A stretch of DNA of 64,000 nt from NCBI GenBank assembly GCA_031285625.1, contig JAITVV010000043.1, positions 64,001 through 128,000 on the forward strand, written 5' to 3'. Every line of letters starts with the position of its first letter. The first letter of the stretch is position 1. The DNA is from Prevotella sp. (GTDB taxonomy: Bacteria; Bacteroidota; Bacteroidia; Bacteroidales; Dysgonomonadaceae). Below, one piece after another: positions 9,180-16,870 of this stretch. Below the pieces are notes generated by a model that was not told where the DNA came from, ran no database searches, and worked only from the letters and a program-made list of their open reading frames with translations. The position numbers and the translations under genes were made by a program.

Positions 9180-9289
9180 ATATAAGCCATCACTTTTAGT
9201 TGATAGCCGTTAGTCGTGAAAACGAAAGAAGCTAATAATTAACGGTCAATAGCTAAAAGCTAACTTGTAACTATTTAAGGAATAAGATA
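9163..9289 (+). promoter_or_regulatory. Long mRNA hairpin sequestering the initiation region of the efflux adaptor gene
   Basis: 9163-9182 TATCTTATTTC-AG-TTAAATA pairs with 9272-9289 TATTTAAGGAATAAGATA (18 bp, one G-U, 2-nt bulge); a nested imperfect helix joins 9193-9214 and 9238-9259. Confidence 0.7.
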
Positions 9290-10570
9290 ATGAAACAATA
9301 TATAATTTATATCGCTTGTCTGTTGGCGATACTATGGGGATGCAACTCTAAACAAAAAACAGACGATCATACTGGGCATAATCACACTGAAGAATCTAAT
9401 GCCGGACACGACCACTCAAAAGATGGGCATACTCATGCCGATGGCGAAGAATGTAGTCATAATCATGAACATGAAGCAGAGCATAACCATGCACCCGGTG
9501 AAACATGTGACCATGACCATTCGACTGAGAATGTATCAGCAGAACATGGCGATGAAATAATGTTCAACCCCGAGCAGGCTAAATCAGCAGGTTTGGAAAC
9601 GGTAACAGTTCAACCCTCTACATTTTATCAGGTAATAAAAACCAGCGGTCAGATATTATCTGCTCAGGGTGATGAGGTAACTATTTCGGCTACATCGAGT
9701 GGCATTGTATCTTTCAACAAGCCATCATTAAATGAAGGCTTAGCGGTAAAAGGCGGTGAATCTCTTTTAAGCATTTCTTCCCGGAATATTGTAGATGGTG
9801 ACCCTGCTGTTAGGGCTAAATCAACTTATGATATTGCCCAACGTGAATTTCAGCGTGCCGAATCATTAATAGGCGATAAGCTTATTGCTGAAAAGGAATA
9901 CAACGAGATTAAGCTGAATTATGAAAATGCTAAGGTCGCTTATCAGGCGATAGCACAACGTTCAACAGCCAGAGGTGTGGGTATATCAACGCCGATTACC
10001 GGATTCATTAAAACAAAGCTGGTAAATGAAGGGCAATATGTAGAAGTAGGCCAAGCTCTTATGACGGTTACCCAAAACCGGAAGTTACAGCTTCGGGCAG
10101 ATGTTTCAGAACGTTATTATAAAGATTTGGGGAATATCACTTCTGCAAATTTCAAAACTCCTTATGATAAAACAGTTTATACCCTTGCCAACCTCAATGG
10201 CAGACTTGTTTCTTATGGTAAATCGTCCAGTAACCAGGAATATTACATTCCGGTCAATTTTGAATTTGACAATATAGGGCAGGTTATATCGGGTTCGTAT
10301 GTCGAAATCTATCTGTTGGGGCAGTCACGTAATAATGTAATATCTATTCCGGTATCGTCTCTTGTGGAAGAACAGGGGCTTTATTTTGTCTATCTGCAGG
10401 TTCACGAAGATGCTTATAAAAAGCAGGAGGTAACTCCTGGCACGAGTGACGGCAGTAACATAGAGATTCTTTCCGGTCTGAAAAAGGGAGATAAGGTTGT
10501 AAGTAAAGGCACTTACCACGTTAAGCTTGCTTCGGCTTCGGCATCTATTCCCCATGCTCATGAACATTAA
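9290..10570 (+). CDS. Heavy-metal RND efflux periplasmic adaptor (CzcB/CusB-like) lipoprotein with His-rich N-terminus
   Basis: Lipobox LWGC, His-rich tract, lipoyl/hairpin segment ISTPITGFI...EGQYVEVGQAL, C-terminal GLKKGDKVV and HAHEH tail. Confidence 0.9.
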   Translation: MKQYIIYIACLLAILWGCNSKQKTDDHTGHNHTEESNAGHDHSKDGHTHADGEECSHNHEHEAEHNHAPGETCDHDHSTENVSAEHGDEIMFNPEQAKSAGLETVTVQPSTFYQVIKTSGQILSAQGDEVTISATSSGIVSFNKPSLNEGLAVKGGESLLSISSRNIVDGDPAVRAKSTYDIAQREFQRAESLIGDKLIAEKEYNEIKLNYENAKVAYQAIAQRSTARGVGISTPITGFIKTKLVNEGQYVEVGQALMTVTQNRKLQLRADVSERYYKDLGNITSANFKTPYDKTVYTLANLNGRLVSYGKSSSNQEYYIPVNFEFDNIGQVISGSYVEIYLLGQSRNNVISIPVSSLVEEQGLYFVYLQVHEDAYKKQEVTPGTSDGSNIEILSGLKKGDKVVSKGTYHVKLASASASIPHAHEH

Positions 10571-10574
10571 GTTA

Positions 10575-10709
10575 ATGTGCCAATATGCCAATTCGAAAAT
10601 TTGCCAATTGGAGCGAAGGCACAAAATTATAATTCACACTCGTTTACTTGTTTACCCGTCAACTTATATCAGACTTGTAACTTGTAACTCGTCAACTTGT
10701 AACTAACTT
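10575..10709 (+). repeat. Short-period intergenic repeats (TGCCAAT x3; ACTTGTA / CGTCAAC / GTTTAC units)
   Basis: gtgccaatatgccaat...ttgccaat and cgtttacttgtttacccgtcaac...acttgtaacttgtaactcgtcaacttgtaact read directly. Confidence 0.6.
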
Positions 10710-13700
10710 ATGCTAAATAAAATAATACAATTTTCGCTAAACAATCGTCTGGTTGTTCTTATCGGGGCTGTGCTTCTTCTTATTGGAGGACTGTATACAG
10801 CCAGAAATATGGAGATAGATGTATTCCCCGACCTGAATGCGCCTACCGTTGTTATCATGACAGAGGCAAACGGCATGGCGCCGGAAGAAGTAGAACGCCT
10901 TGTATCTTTCCCTATCGAAACGGCTGTAAATGGTGCGACTGATGTGCGCCGTGTGCGTTCGTCTTCTACTACAGGTTTTTCTGTTGTATGGGTTGAATTC
11001 GATTGGGGAACAGATATTTATAAGGCTCGCCAGATAGTAACTGAGAAACTGGCTACACTAGGTGATGCCCTTCCCGGAAATATAGGGCAACCTACCTTAG
11101 GACCACAATCTTCTATCTTGGGAGAGATAATGATTATCGGTCTGACCTCTGATTCTACTTCACTGTTAGACTTGCGTACAATTGCAGACTGGACTATTCG
11201 CCCACGATTACTTTCTACTGGTGGAGTGGCACAAGTTACAGTTATTGGTGGTGATATCAAGGAGTATCAGATATTACTTGACCCGGGGAGAATGAAACAT
11301 TATGGGGTCTCTCTTGATGAGGTATTACAGGTAACCCGCAATATGAATCAGAATGCTTCAGGCGGTATCTTATATGAATATGGAAATGAATATATTGTAA
11401 GAGGTGTCTTGCAAAGTACGGATGTAAATGAAATAGGCAAGGCTGTTATCAAGAAGGCCGGAGAAAGCCCTATCTTAGTGAGTGATGTCGCTGATATTAA
11501 GATAGGAGCTAAAACGCCGGTATTGGGCGTTGCTTCGGAAAGGACTAAGCCTGCCGTTTTACTTACTGTAACCAAGCAACCGAATACCAATACAATTGAA
11601 CTGACCGATAAGTTGGATACATCTATTGCCGATTTACAGAAAAGCCTTCCCTCTGATGTGAAGGTTACTACTGATATTTTCCGTCAGGAACGCTTTATCA
11701 ACAACTCCATTAATAATGTACAGAAGTCGTTGTACGAGGGGGCTATTTTTGTAGTTATTATCCTGTTCCTCTTCCTGATGAATGGGCGTACTACATTTAT
11801 ATCCTTGATGGCTCTGCCTCTATCTTTGCTGACTTCTATCCTTGCGCTCAAACTGATGGGACTAACCATCAATACAATGAGTCTGGGAGGAATGGCGATT
11901 GCAATAGGTTCACTGGTAGATGATGCCATTATCGATGTAGAGAATGTATTTAAACATTTAAGGGAAAACAGGCAAAAGCCTAAAGAAGAACAAAAAAGTG
12001 TACTTACTGTCGTATTTGAAGCTTCTAAAGAAGTGCGGATGCCAATACTGAACTCAACTCTGATTATCGTTACCAGCTTCATCCCTTTATTTTTCCTGAG
12101 TGGAATGGAGGGGCGTATGCTTGTTCCGCTGGGTATTGCTTTCATTGTGGCATTGTTTGCCTCTACAGTGGTGGCATTGACCGTAACTCCTGTCCTTTGT
12201 AGTTATCTCTTAGGTAAGAATAAGAAAGACAAGGAAGAAAAAGAGCCAGTCTTTGTTGTAAAACTAAAAACCGTATATGAGAAAAGCTTGCATTGGGCAT
12301 TGGAAAAGCAAAAGATTGTTCTGGGAATAACAGGGTTGCTTTTACTTTCAGCTATTATAATCTTCTTCACTTTTGGGCGTAACTTCCTGCCTCCTTTCAA
12401 TGAGGGCTCTTTTACGATTACGATAAATACATTGCCGGGAATATCTCTTGAGGAATCAGATAAAGTGGGGTCTATGGCCGAAAAAGCAATACTTAGCGTA
12501 CCTGAAATACAGACTGTAGGACGGAAAACCGGACGGGCCGAACTCGATGAACACTCTTTTGGAGTAAATACCTCGGAAATAGAGGCTCCGTTTATGTTAA
12601 AAGACCGTTCTCAGGAGGATATGCTAACCGAACTTAGGGAAAAACTGAATGCTATACCCGGTATAAGCGTTGAAATAGGTCAGCCTATATCGCACCGTAT
12701 AGACCATATGCTTTCAGGTACTAAGGCCAATATTGCCATTAAGTTATTCGGGCCGGATTTGAACAAACTGTATTCTTTAGGAAATGATATCAAATCGAAG
12801 ATAGAAAGTGTGGAAGGCGTTGCCGACCTGAATGTGGAACAACAAGTGGAACGCCCACAGTTAAAGATTGTTCCCAAACGGGAATTACTGGCTAAATATG
12901 GAATTACCTTACCTGAGTTTTCAGAATTTGTAACGACCATGCTTTCCGGAGAAGTTGTTTCTCAGGTGTATGATGCCGGGAAAAGCTTCGATCTGACATT
13001 GAAAGTGGACGATAATTATAAAGACCAAGCCGAAAAAATCAGGAATCTGATGATAGATGCTAATGGCCTGAAGATTCCTTTTGCCTATGTGGCGGATATC
13101 ACCTCTTCTACAGGCCCGAATACAGTGAACAGGGAAAATGCCCAACGTAAAATTGTAGTATCGGCAAATGTTGCCGGAAGGGATTTGCGCAGCGTAGTAA
13201 ATGATATTCAGAAAAGTGTAGATGAGAATATTCAATTACCGGAAGGATATCATATTGAATATGGAGGCCAGTTTGAGAGTGAACAAGCTGCATCACGTAC
13301 AATTATGATAGCTTCTGTCTTCGCTATTCTGATTATATTCCTGTTATTATTCAATCAGTTCAGGAATATAACACAGTCAGCCGTTATCCTTCTGAATCTG
13401 CCTCTGGCACTGATTGGTGGGGTATATGCTATACTATTTACCTCCGGTGAAATCAGTATTCCTGCCGTTATCGGGTTTATTGCCCTGTTTGGTATTGCCA
13501 CACGCAACGGTATCCTGTTGATGGCTCACTATAATGACTTGGGACATAGGGGGTATTCTGTGAATAAGAGTATTTTGCAAGGGTCTTTAGACCGGTTGAA
13601 TCCGATATTGATGACTGCCTTGTCTTCAGGCTTGGCGCTGATTCCATTGGCTGTTCAGGGAGGTCTTCCCGGAAATGAGATTCAAAGCCCGATGGCGAAG

Positions 13701-13814
13701 GTTATTCTGGGTGGATTACTCACTTCTACATTACTAAATATGTATATTGTACCCATTATATACAGAATGTTGAAGAAAAGGGAACCTGCTGTAAAAGAAG
13801 AGATTGTTAAATAA
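10710..13814 (+). CDS. CzcA/CusA-family heavy-metal efflux RND permease
   Basis: IDVFPDL, PEEVER, TM4 AIAIGSLVDDAIIDVEN, RLNPILMTAL; 1034 aa. Confidence 0.93.
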   Translation: MLNKIIQFSLNNRLVVLIGAVLLLIGGLYTARNMEIDVFPDLNAPTVVIMTEANGMAPEEVERLVSFPIETAVNGATDVRRVRSSSTTGFSVVWVEFDWGTDIYKARQIVTEKLATLGDALPGNIGQPTLGPQSSILGEIMIIGLTSDSTSLLDLRTIADWTIRPRLLSTGGVAQVTVIGGDIKEYQILLDPGRMKHYGVSLDEVLQVTRNMNQNASGGILYEYGNEYIVRGVLQSTDVNEIGKAVIKKAGESPILVSDVADIKIGAKTPVLGVASERTKPAVLLTVTKQPNTNTIELTDKLDTSIADLQKSLPSDVKVTTDIFRQERFINNSINNVQKSLYEGAIFVVIILFLFLMNGRTTFISLMALPLSLLTSILALKLMGLTINTMSLGGMAIAIGSLVDDAIIDVENVFKHLRENRQKPKEEQKSVLTVVFEASKEVRMPILNSTLIIVTSFIPLFFLSGMEGRMLVPLGIAFIVALFASTVVALTVTPVLCSYLLGKNKKDKEEKEPVFVVKLKTVYEKSLHWALEKQKIVLGITGLLLLSAIIIFFTFGRNFLPPFNEGSFTITINTLPGISLEESDKVGSMAEKAILSVPEIQTVGRKTGRAELDEHSFGVNTSEIEAPFMLKDRSQEDMLTELREKLNAIPGISVEIGQPISHRIDHMLSGTKANIAIKLFGPDLNKLYSLGNDIKSKIESVEGVADLNVEQQVERPQLKIVPKRELLAKYGITLPEFSEFVTTMLSGEVVSQVYDAGKSFDLTLKVDDNYKDQAEKIRNLMIDANGLKIPFAYVADITSSTGPNTVNRENAQRKIVVSANVAGRDLRSVVNDIQKSVDENIQLPEGYHIEYGGQFESEQAASRTIMIASVFAILIIFLLLFNQFRNITQSAVILLNLPLALIGGVYAILFTSGEISIPAVIGFIALFGIATRNGILLMAHYNDLGHRGYSVNKSILQGSLDRLNPILMTALSSGLALIPLAVQGGLPGNEIQSPMAKVILGGLLTSTLLNMYIVPIIYRMLKKREPAVKEEIVK

Positions 13815-13828
13815 ATAAGCTATAGTTT

Positions 13829-15004
13829 ATGAAACGAATAATATATATTCTCTTATTTCTACTTGCGATAAATGTACAGGCGCAAGACTCATTTAATAAT
13901 GTGATTAGAGAAATTGAGGCTAATAATACAACCCTGAAAGCCTACAGGGAAAAAGCCAATGCCGATAAGATAGGCAACAAAACAGGTATTAATATGGCCA
14001 ATCCCGAAGTAGAATTCGGTTACCTATGGGGAAGCCCCTCTGCTATAGGTCATAAGATAGACCTGAATGTAACCCAGTCATTTGATTTCCCTACAGCCTA
14101 TCGTTATAAGAATCAGTTAGCTGATGGAAAGAATGTACAGGTAGATATGATTTATAATCAGCAATGTATGGAAATTCTGCAGGAAGCCAGACTGTTGTAC
14201 GTTCAATTGGTGTATCAGGCAAGCATGCATAAAGAGTTATCTCAGAGGCTGATGCAGGCAAGAGAATTATCAGATGCTTATCAGAAGAGTTTCGACCAGG
14301 GAAATATAGATATCCTGGAGCGGAACAAAACTAAGCTGAACCTGCTGAGTGCAGAGAAAGCTTTACAGATAAACGAAGTAGATATGAACCTGTCAAAATC
14401 TGAACTGCAACGCCTGAACGGAGGTCTGGAATTGACCTCTATAGCAGACAGTTATCCCGCTTTTGTGTTCCCTCTAAACTTTATTGAGTGGTTTGAAAGG
14501 ATAAAAGATAATAATCCCGCGCTTCAGGTAACTGAACAGGAGATTGCACTCAGTAGGAAGCAGGAACAACTGACACGTGCCCTCAACCTTCCCAAAATAA
14601 CTGCCGGATATACCAGTGAAAGGACTTCCGGCGAGACTTTTCAGGGAGTTTCGGTAGGGGTATCTATTCCTCTGTGGGAAGGGAAGAACACCGTGAAGCA
14701 TCAGAAAGCACAAACTGTTGCTTTGCAGATGCAACATGATGACTCGAAGCTGCAGTTTAGGAATTCTCTTAAAAATCAGTATGATAAAGCGAAGAAACTA
14801 TCCTTGTTATTGAGAGAGTATCAGGAAGCCTTAAGTGTTACAAGCAATCAGGAATTATTGAAAAAAGCATTGGATAAGGGTCAATTGTCTCTTATTAATT
14901 ATCTGTTGGAACTATCCGTATATTATGAAACAATGGATAAATATCTGGAAACAGAAAGAGACTACCAGTTGGCTGTAGCAGAATTACAGCGATGGGAAAG
15001 ATAG
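13829..15004 (+). CDS. TolC/CzcC-family outer-membrane efflux protein
   Basis: Signal peptide, helical repeats, GVSVGVSIPLW strand; third gene of the RND operon. Confidence 0.88.
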   Translation: MKRIIYILLFLLAINVQAQDSFNNVIREIEANNTTLKAYREKANADKIGNKTGINMANPEVEFGYLWGSPSAIGHKIDLNVTQSFDFPTAYRYKNQLADGKNVQVDMIYNQQCMEILQEARLLYVQLVYQASMHKELSQRLMQARELSDAYQKSFDQGNIDILERNKTKLNLLSAEKALQINEVDMNLSKSELQRLNGGLELTSIADSYPAFVFPLNFIEWFERIKDNNPALQVTEQEIALSRKQEQLTRALNLPKITAGYTSERTSGETFQGVSVGVSIPLWEGKNTVKHQKAQTVALQMQHDDSKLQFRNSLKNQYDKAKKLSLLLREYQEALSVTSNQELLKKALDKGQLSLINYLLELSVYYETMDKYLETERDYQLAVAELQRWER

Positions 15005-15012
15005 TGAATGTA

Positions 15013-15046
15013 GAAAGGATGTCTGACAAGACATCCTTTCGCTTTT
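15013..15046. terminator. Terminator hairpin between convergent genes
   Basis: GAAAGGATGTCT-gaca-AGACATCCTTTC perfect 12-bp stem. Confidence 0.75.
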
Positions 15047-15047
15047 A

Positions 15048-15851
15048 TTAATTCAGTTCTTTATAAAAATCACTGTTCTTCATTTTTTCAGCTAACTTTT
15101 GAGGAGATGTGGAACCCATAACAAAAGGAAAAAATATGGCTTCATGCCCTCTGAATATTATAACATAAGTACCGTCTTTCCCCTTCTTGATAGTTTTTAG
15201 TGCCTTATCAATATCAGTTTTCAACTTTTTCTTATCAGCTTTGTCTTTTTCTAAATATTCCGAAAGCCTGTCTCCGTGGCTGTAATTCTGACTCTCTACA
15301 ATTAGGGCTATCAAATATGCATATGACTGATCTTTCTTACCTGCCTTATAATATGTATTTGCTATATCAAATATGCAACGTTCTATATCTTTAGTCAATG
15401 TCGTTCCACTGGAAGCTACAATTAGCCTGTAGTCAAAAACCGATTTCTTGTAATATTCAACTGCCTGATCATATTCGCCTGCAGATAAATAATAATCTGC
15501 TAATGCATGAGCTGCTATGTGTTTTATGTTCCACACATCATCATGTCTTCTTAAATTTGAAAATTTTTTCTCCAGAAAATCTTCAGTAATATCCAATGTT
15601 AGAAAAAACTTGAAATCGTCCACATAATTACCAATATTATATCTGGTTATTTTCTCATCCAGATTTTCAATATGCTTTTTTAATTCATTATTTGATATAT
15701 AAGGCTCATACGCGACCAATTTTTTTAAGGCTGGACGTAGTTCGTCTGTACGGGCATCGTGGTACAGTGGGTATTTTTCACGATCAGCCTCTGTTTGTGC
15801 ATACAATAACTGTATTGAAAGTAAAGCAATAATAAAACATAAATTTCTCAT
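15048..15851 (-). CDS. Hypothetical secreted protein with TPR-like helices
   Basis: Signal peptide ending LYA-Q; ALADYYLSAGEYDQAVEYYKKS and IANTYYKAGKKDQSYAYL resemble TPRs. Confidence 0.65.
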   Translation of the reverse strand: MRNLCFIIALLSIQLLYAQTEADREKYPLYHDARTDELRPALKKLVAYEPYISNNELKKHIENLDEKITRYNIGNYVDDFKFFLTLDITEDFLEKKFSNLRRHDDVWNIKHIAAHALADYYLSAGEYDQAVEYYKKSVFDYRLIVASSGTTLTKDIERCIFDIANTYYKAGKKDQSYAYLIALIVESQNYSHGDRLSEYLEKDKADKKKLKTDIDKALKTIKKGKDGTYVIIFRGHEAIFFPFVMGSTSPQKLAEKMKNSDFYKELN

Positions 15852-15877
15852 AATAAAGTTTTGTGTTTGAGTTATTT

Positions 15878-16705
15878 TTAATTTAAGATAGAGGCTCCAA
15901 GAATAGCTACATCTTCTACTTTAGATGTGTAAATTTTTAGTTTCTTTACTGTTTCAGGATAAGGAAAATCATCCAAGCTCTCCATCATTGCAGAACCAAA
16001 GTACTCGTAAGCATTAGCTATACTGCCACCTATGATTATTACTCTTGGATCATAGGCAAATAAAATTACTTTCATCAGATCTCCCACATGATGGCCAAAT
16101 TGGTTCCAAAGAATAACAGCTTCAACATCCTCGTTTTCCTGGGCTTTTTCAAAGGCTTCTTTTCCTGTTAAGCCATGTACCCGGGTAAAATACGAACTGC
16201 TACAATATGATTCATAATCATATTCAAGATATGGGATACAGCCAATCTCCCCTGCTCCGGTATTTCCGCCATTATAGAGTTTTCCATCAATAATAATTCC
16301 AGAACCGACTCCTGTTCCCAATGCTACTGCAACAAGATCTTTTTGTCCTGCTCCTTCTCCAAAATGGTATTCTCCCAGAGCAAAACAGTTGCAATCATTG
16401 TTTACAAAAACAGGAATATTAAATTCTTTCTCCAAAATATCTTTCAGATGAACTTCTTTCCATGATGGTATATTCATTACATTATAAACAATTCCTTTTT
16501 CGGCATCAACAACTGAAGGTACTCCGACACCAATACTTTTTACTTCAGGAGTCATTATCTGATGCAGCATTTCCTTCAACTGATTGGTAACAACTTCTGC
16601 TGATTGATCTGCTTTACAGCGTTCGGCTATTTTTTTTATAATGGTGCCATTATTCACCACACCCATTCTTACATTAGTACCACCCAAGTCGATTCCAATT
16701 CTCAT
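15878..16705 (-). CDS. ROK-family sugar kinase (glucokinase-like)
   Basis: IGIDLGGT, VNNDCNCFALGE, LGTGVGSG, GAGEIG. Confidence 0.9.
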   Translation of the reverse strand: MRIGIDLGGTNVRMGVVNNGTIIKKIAERCKADQSAEVVTNQLKEMLHQIMTPEVKSIGVGVPSVVDAEKGIVYNVMNIPSWKEVHLKDILEKEFNIPVFVNNDCNCFALGEYHFGEGAGQKDLVAVALGTGVGSGIIIDGKLYNGGNTGAGEIGCIPYLEYDYESYCSSSYFTRVHGLTGKEAFEKAQENEDVEAVILWNQFGHHVGDLMKVILFAYDPRVIIIGGSIANAYEYFGSAMMESLDDFPYPETVKKLKIYTSKVEDVAILGASILN

Positions 16706-16870
16706 AATTATCAGATTTAATTTTATTATTGATTACAAATATAATCCGTGTAAATCTAATCGCAAAACGATTTTTAGTATTATCTTACACAATCTCAGAA
16801 AACAAAATTCGCAAAAATATGTTATTTTTGAGAAGTTTAATCGATATGACTATCATAAGTAGCAAGCTAA

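Noticed and set aside
9193-9259. Possible NiCo (czcD) riboswitch before the efflux adaptor
   Set aside because: No four-way junction, G-rich conserved junctions or terminator visible; the pairing is better explained as part of the RAPP-linked hairpin. An Rfam cmsearch would settle it.
6928-10709. Short repeats as a CRISPR array
   Set aside because: Units are 7-9 nt with no unique spacers and there are no cas genes.
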